A stretch of DNA of 64,000 bases from an uncultured Acidimicrobiia bacterium (GTDB taxonomy: Bacteria > Acidobacteriota > Terriglobia > Versatilivoradales > Versatilivoraceae), in NCBI GenBank assembly GCA_963786955.1, contig CAWBAT010000005.1, forward strand, positions 1,632,001-1,696,000, in the 5' to 3' direction. Numbering within the stretch: position 1 is the stretch's first letter; the number at the start of each line of letters is the position of its first letter. A model generated the notes under the pieces. That model did not search any database, was not told the origin of the DNA, and saw only the letters and a program-made list of their open reading frames with translations. The translations under genes and the position numbers were made by a program. Positions 55,331 to 64,000 of this stretch are shown here, piece by piece.

Positions 55331-55394
55331 GTGAGGTTGGGGCTTTGAGAAAGCCCCAACCTTACAAAGGTGTAGGCCGGGTCACCGCCCCGGC
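55331..55394. repeat. REP-like hairpins
   Basis: GTGAGGTTGGGGCTTT-GAG-AAAGCCCCAACCTTAC and GTAGGCCGGG..CCCGGC. Confidence 0.6.
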
Positions 55395-55522
55395 GTTAGC
55401 CCGGATTTCTGAATCGCAGTACTTAGTGAAAAGACTCTCGGGATAAAACGTGCCTTAGACCTCTTCAGGGGACGATGAATTACCTGCTTAGCTGAAGGAA
55501 CAACTATTCGGGGAAACAGCAA

Positions 55523-57385
55523 TCAACGTGACAGCACCGCCAGCAGCGCGTGGTAATCGTCCACAAGAAAGCCTTCGTAGCCATGCGGGGTTCCGTCCCA
55601 GGCTTTCCAATCGTAGGTCATGCCGTTGGTGCCGTGTCCCTGAAAGCCGCCCTCCTCATAGGCACGCAGCAACGGAAACAGCATCGCGTCGGCCTCCTCG
55701 CGCCGCCCGAGTTGGTACAAGGCTTTGAGGGTGTAGTAGACAAAGCAGGCAGTAGCCCCGCCGTTGATATAGATTTGAAATCGGTCGGAGCCGTCCTTCT
55801 TTTCCGGCCCGCCCCAGCGCTGGTTGTGCACCATGTAATCCTCCTGGCGAATGGGGATCAGGTTGCCAGGCAAGCCGTACTCAAAGTGGGTATAGCCCAC
55901 CTCTTTCATCTTGGCGAGCATGCGGTCCATGATAAGGTTTGCTTTATCCCGGGGAACGAGACCATAAGTGATGGCCACGCCATTTACAAACGTGAAGTAG
56001 TAATCGTGCAGCTTGCCGTCGGCACTCCGCCAGCCTGCCAGCACTCCTGTGGTGGGATTGTAGAAGGTGTCGAAATAAACCGATCGGAGCTTTTCGGCGC
56101 GCGCGGCATAGAGCTGGGCATCTTCCGGCACATTGGCCCGCCGGGCCATTTCCGTCATTCCCAGCAGGGCATGGTACGCGAGGGCATTCGAGTAAGCGTC
56201 CAGATGGCCAAAGCCGATATTGTCCCACCAGTTGGCCGTGTGTTTGGGAAATTGCCGGTAATCCCAGATGCCTGCATTGCCGCTCGACACGTCAACCAGC
56301 AAGCCATCCCCAGTGGGATCCATGGCAAGCATCTGCTTGGCCCAGCCCTTCACTTCGGCATAGTTCTTTTTCAGCCACGCCTCATCCCCACTGGCCCGCA
56401 CATAATCCCCAGCGGCGATCAGCAGCGAGGGAAAAGTATCCACGGAATGGGCGGGATTCTCCGGGTCGTTGTGAACCGCCATGCCATAGCCATGCGTCCC
56501 GCTCAGATAGTGGTCCAGGGTTTGCCGGATCAGGTCCATGACAGTCAGGCTGGGCGCGAGCGGTGGAGTGTGTTCCGCCATGGCGGTGTAAAGAAAAACC
56601 GTGAAAGCGCACGCATCGCTGGCGGCGTTATTGGCCAGCATTTGACGGCGAGGACTGAGCTGAAAAGCATTCAGCCAGTTGCGCCGAAAGCCGTCAAACC
56701 GCGGGTCACTATCGACTCCCGGCACATGGGGATAAATGGCCACAACGTCCAGGGTATAGTCCAACTCGGGCAAGGCAGCGGAGGCAGGCGGAATCGTGAC
56801 CTTCACATAAGCCTGGTCGCCTTCTTTATAATTCAGTTGATTGTCCCACGTAAAAAAGCGTTGGGCGTCATAGCCGAGTGCCAGCCCTTTGCCCGCGCGG
56901 GAAGTGATTCGAAAAGTCCCCTGGTCAGGCAGGTGAAGAAGCGCCGGCAGGCGGACGCTGCCATCCTCATTCATGAGGCCCAGGAGTGTGGCGTGGTTCA
57001 CGAACGTGTTGAAATTGAGTACCAGCGGCGGCGGCGGATTTCCCGGAGAGTAAGAAGAATGCAGGCGAATCTGCCGCGTTGAGAATTCAACAGTCCATGC
57101 CGCCGGTGCGTTCGCAGGCGCCCCGGTAACACGGTATTCGACCTTTGACCCGGTAAGGCGCGACTCGTAATTCCTATCCGACGTGCCGACTCGCCGAAGC
57201 GGGCTCTGGCCGAGCTTCACTTTTCCCAACGAGTCCACGGCCAATCCCACGAAGGCCGGCTGGTCGGGCGCCAGTTCAGCGCGGAGGAAGGGGGACTCAT
57301 ACTGCAACGCCCGACTCGGCTCCTTCCCCGCGGCCAGTGAAAGCGCGAGGGGTGCAAGTACGACGAGATTAAATCTCTTCAACAT
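55523..57385 (-). CDS. Exported six-hairpin (alpha/alpha)6 glycoside hydrolase-like protein
   Basis: Signal-like start; YVRASGDEAWL, D.TGDGL, NWWD, DAYSNALAY, YINGG; family not resolved. Confidence 0.7.
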   Translation of the reverse strand: MLKRFNLVVLAPLALSLAAGKEPSRALQYESPFLRAELAPDQPAFVGLAVDSLGKVKLGQSPLRRVGTSDRNYESRLTGSKVEYRVTGAPANAPAAWTVEFSTRQIRLHSSYSPGNPPPPLVLNFNTFVNHATLLGLMNEDGSVRLPALLHLPDQGTFRITSRAGKGLALGYDAQRFFTWDNQLNYKEGDQAYVKVTIPPASAALPELDYTLDVVAIYPHVPGVDSDPRFDGFRRNWLNAFQLSPRRQMLANNAASDACAFTVFLYTAMAEHTPPLAPSLTVMDLIRQTLDHYLSGTHGYGMAVHNDPENPAHSVDTFPSLLIAAGDYVRASGDEAWLKKNYAEVKGWAKQMLAMDPTGDGLLVDVSSGNAGIWDYRQFPKHTANWWDNIGFGHLDAYSNALAYHALLGMTEMARRANVPEDAQLYAARAEKLRSVYFDTFYNPTTGVLAGWRSADGKLHDYYFTFVNGVAITYGLVPRDKANLIMDRMLAKMKEVGYTHFEYGLPGNLIPIRQEDYMVHNQRWGGPEKKDGSDRFQIYINGGATACFVYYTLKALYQLGRREEADAMLFPLLRAYEEGGFQGHGTNGMTYDWKAWDGTPHGYEGFLVDDYHALLAVLSR

Positions 57386-58019
57386 GGGTGGTTTTCTAGT
57401 GGGATAATCCCTGCCTTTCAGAAAGTTCACTTGGCTGATAGGGACCGTGAAACAGGAATTCGGGCGCATTTGAACTCCTGCTACAGGCTACTCGCGTTTC
57501 CCCTTAATCCTTATTGTTTTTCGAGCTCAATGTTAGTACAGCTCCGCTGAGTCGGTGTCAAGACAAAAGCTTTTGCGTGTCCACCCAAATTAGAAATGTC
57601 CGGTTTGTTGTCTACCCGCAAAACTCAGGGCAGGTGATTCTGCGGCAGTAGGTCACGGATCACAACAAGTCCGCGCCACAAACGCGTAGAGGATTTGAAA
57701 GCAAAGTGTACGAACGGTGAAGAAGTCCGTCCCCCAGGAGACTTACATGTAGTCGAGTCCAAAAACGCATCGGGTTTTTTACTTTTGAGTCGCCTTGCTA
57801 TATACGCTCCGCTAAGGTACATTTTAATCCGCCATCGACTTGGTCATCCTTACCAAGCGAGCTCAGAAAGACCTGGAGTAAGTGCCGATACCCTTCGCTA
57901 AAAAGTTGGACGGCCGGATTAGTTTTGCGGTGAAGTTTGCAAACCGGGGCTCTAACGACGAAACATTGAAGGGTGAGCGGTCCAACCTGCGCCATGTCAA
58001 TTCGTTCCCCTATTTTGAC

Positions 58020-58175
58020 CCTACCGCCTGTGGATGTGCGTGATGAACTTTTCGCCCGTCTCGGCACGCTTGGCCAGGGTAGCAGTCTCATCCTTGGCCC
58101 GACCCACCATGTCCAGCTTGATCCCCCCATGGAGAATTTCTGGGCAATGGTGAACACTATCCTGCAACCCAATGC
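58020..58175 (+). pseudogene. C-terminal remnant of a uroporphyrinogen decarboxylase-family protein
   Basis: DVRDELFARLGTLGQGSSLILGPTHHVQLDPPMENFWAM resembles the URO-D family C-terminus. Confidence 0.55.
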
Positions 58176-58220
58176 GGCGACTGGTTCCCAACAGGTGCCA
58201 ATCTCGCAGAACATAAAGTT

Positions 58221-59816
58221 ATGCATCTTGCTTGTTGGGATTGGTTGATTATCGCGGTCTATGTGATTGTCGTGGTTTCGGTGGGACTGCGGGCGGGAAC
58301 CAAGCAGCACACCAGCGAGGGCTACTTCCTTGCCGGCCGGCAGCTCCGCTGGCCCTTTATCGGCTCCTCCATCTATGCCGCCAATATTTCCACTGAGCAC
58401 TTTGTGGGGCTGGCGGGCACCGCTTATGCCATCGGCCTGGCTATCGGCGCTTATGAATGGATTGCGGTATTCTGCTTGATTCCTCTGATCGTGCTGTTCC
58501 TGCCGCTGTACATCCGGGCACGGATTTACACGGTTCCCGAGTTCCTCGAAATGCGCTTTGGTCCCGGTGTGCGCCTGGTGTTCTCGGGTTTTATGATCGC
58601 CATGTCGGTGGTGGCGAAGATCGCCATTTCACTCTGGGCCGCCGCAATTGTTTTTTCCGATGTTCTGGGGTGGGACCACCTTACGGTCATCTGGGTGATC
58701 GGCTTGGTGACAGCTCTTTACACCATGAAAGGCGGGCTGAGCGCGGTGGTCTATACCGACGCGGTTCAGACGTTGGTTTTGCTGGCCGGCGCAGCGACGC
58801 TGACCCTCATCGGCCTGCACCACGTCGGAGGCTTTAGTGGCCTGCGGGCGAAGGTTGATCCGGTAATGTTCTCAATGGTACGGCCGGCCACGGACCCGAA
58901 CTTGCCCTGGCCCGGTATCTTCATCGGAGTGTTTTTCGTTGGGGCATTCTACTTCTCCATGGATCAGGTGTTGGTGCAACGGGTCTTTGCGGCTAAAGAC
59001 TTGAATGAGGGGCGGCTTGGCGCCGTGTTTTGTGCCTTCCTCAAGACGCTCAACCCGCTGTTGCTAGTGCTGCCGGGGTTGATCGCCAAGGCTCTTTATC
59101 CCCACCTGGAACGCGCGGACGATGCTTTCCCGGCGCTCTTGAAGAACCTGATGCCGACGGGATTGCTGGGGCTTACGGTTGCGGGTCTGACGGCGGCCTT
59201 GATGGGCCATTTGAGCGCGACCTACAATTCTATCGCCACACTCTTCACGCGGGATTTCTACCTGAAGTTTCATCCTGCAGCCACGCAAGAAAGGCAGATC
59301 CGGGTCGGCCGCATCGCGGTGCTGGTTGTTTTTGTTCTCGGCGCGATTTGGGCGCCAATCATCGGCAGCTATAAATCGCTATTCATCTATCTCCAGAACG
59401 TTCAGGCCTATCTCATGATGCCTTTTGCTTTCATTTTCTTTTTTGCGGTGTTCTGGAAGCGCATCAACTCGCCGGGGGCACTGGTTTGCATGATCGCTGC
59501 CTTTGTCCTGTGCCCGGTGATGATGGTGAACAACCAACTCAAACCCGAGCAGCAATGGTTCCAGTTTCTGAATACGCCGTATCTCATGCCCTGGCTTCAC
59601 CGCGCCATGCTCGTGACCCTGTTATGTATAACTTTGTTGGTGGGAATTTCGCTGTTGACCGCCCCGCCGCCACCGGCGAAACTCGCGGGCACCACAATTG
59701 AAGGATTGTGGGCCCGGAAGATAAACGAGCCGCGAGTGTTTGTCCTGAAAGACTATCGCCTGTGGCTCACGATCGTCTCTCTTGCCACGGCGGTGATGTG
59801 GTACTTCATGAGATGA
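58221..59816 (+). CDS. Sodium:solute symporter (SSS), probably for sugars
   Basis: YFLAGR, ANISTEHFVG, TVPEFLE.RF, GGLSAVVYTD, DQVLVQR. Confidence 0.95.
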   Translation: MHLACWDWLIIAVYVIVVVSVGLRAGTKQHTSEGYFLAGRQLRWPFIGSSIYAANISTEHFVGLAGTAYAIGLAIGAYEWIAVFCLIPLIVLFLPLYIRARIYTVPEFLEMRFGPGVRLVFSGFMIAMSVVAKIAISLWAAAIVFSDVLGWDHLTVIWVIGLVTALYTMKGGLSAVVYTDAVQTLVLLAGAATLTLIGLHHVGGFSGLRAKVDPVMFSMVRPATDPNLPWPGIFIGVFFVGAFYFSMDQVLVQRVFAAKDLNEGRLGAVFCAFLKTLNPLLLVLPGLIAKALYPHLERADDAFPALLKNLMPTGLLGLTVAGLTAALMGHLSATYNSIATLFTRDFYLKFHPAATQERQIRVGRIAVLVVFVLGAIWAPIIGSYKSLFIYLQNVQAYLMMPFAFIFFFAVFWKRINSPGALVCMIAAFVLCPVMMVNNQLKPEQQWFQFLNTPYLMPWLHRAMLVTLLCITLLVGISLLTAPPPPAKLAGTTIEGLWARKINEPRVFVLKDYRLWLTIVSLATAVMWYFMR

Positions 59817-59971
59817 TGCCTGTGGAAATACAAAGACGAACAATATGGAAATGAGAATCCCCCCGTTGAAATATCTGGCATGAATAGCGATTCATTCCGA
59901 CGGGACTGCTTGTCCCCGTCTCGAGGGGCGGCTTCAATGGTTTCTTAGCGAACTTTGTTCACGGCACGACT

Positions 59972-61021
59972 ATGGTCCCCCATCCGTACAAATCCTTAAC
60001 GCATTTCAGCGGGCACATTACCTTCTTCTTAGTGACATGCCTTTGTTTGATATTCCGAGTTCTGGAAGTTGAACCGACTTCTCTGAAACGGTACGAATTT
60101 TCTTTGATTCGAATGGGAACCGCATTCCGGATGGTGTTTTATGCCCAGGATCCCGGCATAGCTTCTCAGGCGAGCACCGAAGCCTTTGAGCGCATTGAAC
60201 AGCTGGAACAGATCCTCAGCGATTACCGTGAGGAGAGCGAGCTCAACAGAATTTGTGGGACAGCCTTCAGGGCTCCCCAACGAGTGAGCCCTGAACTGTT
60301 CCATGTTCTGGAAAGGTCGTTGCACTTTTCAGAGCTTTCCGAAGGAACTTTTGATGTAACGATTGGCCCCGTGGTCAAACTTTGGCGGGAGGCGCGACGC
60401 GAGAAGCGTCTGCCAGATGCCGAGCGGTTGTCAAGAGCGCGATTGGCCGTGGGTTTCCAGAATGTCGTGTTGGACTCCGAAACGGGTACGGTATTCCTGA
60501 AACGGGACGATATGAAACTGGATCTGGGAGCCATCGCAAAAGGCTATGCCGCTGACCAGGCACTGGCTGTGTTGAGGGGATATGGCATCAATCGAATACT
60601 AATAGACGCGGGGGGAGATCTATCCTTAGGTGACCCGCCTCCAGGATCCCGGGGATGGGATATTCGGATTCACGAATGGGATAAAGAGCCAAGATCAGAA
60701 GGCCTATGGCTACGGTTGCGCAACGTGGGAATAGCGACTTCGGGCGACACTTTTCAGTTCTTGGAGAAGCAAGGGGAGCATCTTTCTCATATCATCAACC
60801 CTTCTGACGGCATAGGAATAAGGGATTCTGTCAGCACAACGGTGATTGCCCAAGATGGAATTTCAGCGGATGCTCTGGCGACAGCGTTGAGCATTCTTCC
60901 GGTATCTAAGGCATTGGCGTTGGCAGATTCCCTGGAAAACGTGTCTGCATTTCTCGTTCGGCGCAATGGGAATAAGGTATTGTGCTTCAAATCGAGAAAT
61001 TTTCCAGCGTTTTCCAGATAG
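59972..61021 (+). CDS. apbE: FAD:protein FMN transferase
   Basis: MGT, FDVTIGP, DLGAIAKGYAAD, ATSGD, HIINP, ADALATA. Confidence 0.93.
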   Translation: MVPHPYKSLTHFSGHITFFLVTCLCLIFRVLEVEPTSLKRYEFSLIRMGTAFRMVFYAQDPGIASQASTEAFERIEQLEQILSDYREESELNRICGTAFRAPQRVSPELFHVLERSLHFSELSEGTFDVTIGPVVKLWREARREKRLPDAERLSRARLAVGFQNVVLDSETGTVFLKRDDMKLDLGAIAKGYAADQALAVLRGYGINRILIDAGGDLSLGDPPPGSRGWDIRIHEWDKEPRSEGLWLRLRNVGIATSGDTFQFLEKQGEHLSHIINPSDGIGIRDSVSTTVIAQDGISADALATALSILPVSKALALADSLENVSAFLVRRNGNKVLCFKSRNFPAFSR

Positions 61022-61087
61022 ACTGGCTCCATGCCGGCGGGAAAAATAACGATCCGGATTCAGAAAAATAAGGGGCTAGAATTCAGC

Positions 61088-62627
61088 GTGTTTCAGAGAC
61101 TGTTTACGACCAAATCCGTTTTCTCCAATAAGAAGGGCCTAACCACGTTCGTTACGGGTTTGATTTGTGGGGTGCTCCTGCTCTTTGCCGGGCATACTGG
61201 CATGGAGAAAACCTCGACTGACAGGTTCTGTGACCAGAGCTGCCATGTCCATCCCCAAGCAACTCAGAGCTGGATCAAGTCGACTCATTTCTCGAATAAA
61301 CGCGGGGTGGTCACCCATTGCATCGAGTGCCACCTTCCTGCCGGGGGTGTCGAGTTTTACACCGAAAAAGCTCGCTTGGGAACTCAGGACATTTATGGCA
61401 AGGTGTTCAAAGATATTTCCAAAATCGATTGGCAGGCCAAGCGCAGCCTGGATCTTGCCAAGACCTTCACTTACGATTCCGCTTGCATAAGATGCCATGC
61501 CCAGCTATTCACAACCGGGCTTTCCAAGAAAGGGGGCGGATGGGCATCTTCATTACCAGCGTTTCAGGGACAAGATGACCTGTATCAACTGCCATTTGTT
61601 TGTTGGACATTACAGCGCGAAAAAGGCGGAGGAAATCAGCGATATTGAAGCCGACGAAATGAAAGATTTCCCTGAGGAGGTGGAGGGGTTTAAGAGTTAC
61701 GCAGAAAAGATACCGGGAACAAATGTCAAGTTTGCGATGGCAGCCCTACCGGGTGGAACCTTCATGCTGGGCAGCCCCGAGTCCGAGCCCTATCGGCGCC
61801 TTGACGAAGGGCCCATCCACAAAGTAAGAGTGAGTTCTTTCTGGATGGGCCGGGTTGAAGTCAGCTGGCGAGAGTACGAAATTTTCCTGCTCCAGCGCGG
61901 CACCAAGGGGAAACAGGAAGAAAACGGTCGGATCCGTGGGGCAGTTACCGGCCCAACTCCCCCTTACGGTTCGCCTGACCAAGGGTGGGGACGGGGATCG
62001 CGACCCGCTGTCACTATGACGCATCACGCGGCCATGATTTACTGCGAATGGCTTTCTTCCGTTACAGGAAAAACATACAGGCTTCCGACTGAAGCCGAAT
62101 GGGAATATGCTTGTCGTGCCGGAACGAGTAGTCCCTATTTCTTTGTTGGGGATCCCTCTCGCTTTACGGGCCGGTCCTGGATCAATAAGATCCGCGGGAT
62201 TGAGACCTCACCCATTGCGGAGTTCGCAGTCTATCGATCTACCAGCGCTTTGCGTACCAGTCCACCCAAAGCCAGCAAGGCGAATCCCTGGGGGTTGGTG
62301 AATATGCTCGGAAATGTGAAGGAGTTCTGCCTGGATTGGTATGATCCAAAGTCGTACTCCAGTGATTCTCTTATCGAAGAAGTCAGCAATCCGCACGGAC
62401 CCGATTCCGGTACTGAGCACGTCACACGTGGAGGTTCGTTTAAGAGTGATGCCATCGATTTGCGTTCGGCAGCCCGGGACTATACCCGGACAAATGACTG
62501 GCTCATGACAGATCCCCAATCCCCCAAGAGCATCTGGTGGTACTCTGACAGTAATGACGTCGGGTTCAGGGTAGTGCGGGAATTTGAGGGTCAAGTCTTG
62601 GAAGTAACATCTAATAAGTCGAACTGA
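61088..62627 (+). CDS. NapC/NirT-type tetraheme cytochrome c fused to an FGE-sulfatase (SUMF1) domain, one frameshift
   Basis: TM anchor; CDQSCH, CIECH, CIRCH and CINCH heme motifs; F.LGS, RLPTEAEWEYACRAG, NPWGL.NMLGNV.E, RGGS, GFRVV; frameshift in the G run near 61532. Confidence 0.85.
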
Positions 62628-62682
62628 TTTTCATCCAACTCATCAAACAAGAAGTCGAAGCAGTCATCATAAGGAAAAACAT

Positions 62683-64000
62683 ATGATCGATGAAAAGAAG
62701 AAGTCCAATTCCAGTCGCCGCGATTTTATGGGTGCGGTAACGGCCATTGGGGCGGGGATGTTATTGACCCGGTGCAGTAAGAGTTACTCCGAAAATGGCC
62801 TTCGTGGACAAAGCGCCGGACGGACCACTGCTCAAGGCAGGATTGGTAGGCTGTGGGGGGAGGGGAACCGGGGCTGTCCAGGATTTCTTAAAAGCGGGAC
62901 CCAGTCTGCAAATTTCAGCTCTGGCAGATGTCTTCGCGGACAAAGTCCAGGACACCCGAAAAACCCTGGAAGAAAAGGCCAACCAGAAGATCGCCGATGA
63001 TCATTGCTTTGTGGGATTTGATGCCTATAAAAAGTTGATTGATTCGGGAGTCGATGTGGTGATTCTGGCCACTCCGCCGCATTTTCGGCCGGAACACTTT
63101 GAAGCTTCCGTTGATGCCAAGAAACACGTCTTTATGGAAAAGCCAGTGGCCGTCGACCCTGTAGGGGTGCGTTCGGTCTTGGTCTCAGGCGAAAAAGCGA
63201 AGGCGTTCGGATTGTCAGTGGTCACGGGCACTCAGCGGCGGCATCAGCGCTCCTATATCGAAACCTACAATCGGATTGCGAATGGAGCCATCGGCAAGAT
63301 CGTGGCTGCCGACGTCTGTTGGAATCAGTCACAGCTCTGGTATAAGGAGAAACAGAAAGGCTGGTCCGACATGGAGTTCATGATTCGCGACTGGGTCGAT
63401 TGGTGCTGGCTTTCCGGCGATCACATTGTTGAACAGCATGTCCATAACCTCGACGTAGCCCACTGGTTTCATTGGAGGGACTCCCGAGAAGGCGGTTGGC
63501 ATGGGGGGCCGGGCGCGACGCGTGACAGGGGATCAGTATGACTTCTTTGCGGTGGACTACACGATGGCCGATGGAACCCATATTCAAAGCATGTGCCGGC
63601 AGGTGGATGGCTGTAACAACAATGTGTCTGAGTATGTCGTCGGAACGGGAGGGTCATCTAACTGCAAAGACACGATCTTTGACAAAGACGGGAAAGTCGT
63701 CTGGCAATACCAGGAACCGGTAAAGAGCCCGGGAAGTCCGCCTTCAGTCCATATGAGCAGGAGCATGTCGACCTGGTTAATGCGATTCGTACGAATCAGC
63801 CGATCAACGAAGCGACCAACATAGCCAAATCTACTCTTGTTGCGATCATGGGAAGGATTGCGGCTTACACAGGGCTAGAGGTCACTTGGAATCAAATGAT
63901 GGAGTCAAGCTTGAGGCTGGGACCGAAGGAATACGTCATGGGTCCGGTAGACATCAAGGCCGAAGTGCCCGTTCCTGGCAGCGCCAAGAATTCCAAAGGG
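62683..64000 (+). CDS. Tat-exported Gfo/Idh/MocA oxidoreductase, frameshifted, runs to the window edge
   Basis: SRRDFM Tat motif, GCGGRGTGA, ATPPHFRP, EKPVA, GDHIVEQHVHNLD. Confidence 0.92.

Noticed and set aside
55550-57082. 510-aa plus-strand ORF
   Set aside because: Antisense to the glycoside hydrolase-like gene
57556-57605. Possible IS end (TGTC...CAAATTAGAAATGTCC)
   Set aside because: No partner end or transposase visible; resemblance only

Overview
Bacterial genomic window, probably Acidobacteriota (inferred from gene content, not verified). Many genes carry single-base frameshifts, so it is probably a long-read assembly with indel errors, though some genes are clearly decayed. 0-45 kb resembles a stress/storage-carbohydrate island: two-component regulator, Crp/Fnr regulator, glgP, rpiB, tkt, two PRC-barrel genes, DUF6335, AI-2E transporter, a metallophosphoesterase/PLD/exported kinase-like/ABC cluster, PAS-GGDEF, a giant cyclic beta-1,2-glucan synthase, groES-groEL, glgC and an XRE-regulated operon. 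The strongest unexplained signal is a 43-bp bipartite element (TGAGCAATTTTGACCA-N6-TGAGCAATACTGAACT-GACAC) seen six times between 9.9 and 27.8 kb. Each copy points at a downstream gene and is followed by a correctly spaced -10 box, which is class II CRP-type promoter geometry and suggests an undescribed Crp/Fnr regulon. 46-49 kb looks like a decayed integron (possible intI stub, GTTAGGC core, toxin-antitoxin-like cassettes, one attC-like site) invaded by REP doublets. 49-64 kb holds sugar catabolism genes: dhaKL, SDR, an MBL-fold protein lacking its metal motif, a glycoside hydrolase, an SSS transporter, ApbE, a NapC/NirT-FGE fusion and a Tat-exported Gfo/Idh/MocA oxidoreductase. No rRNA, tRNA or CRISPR array was seen.
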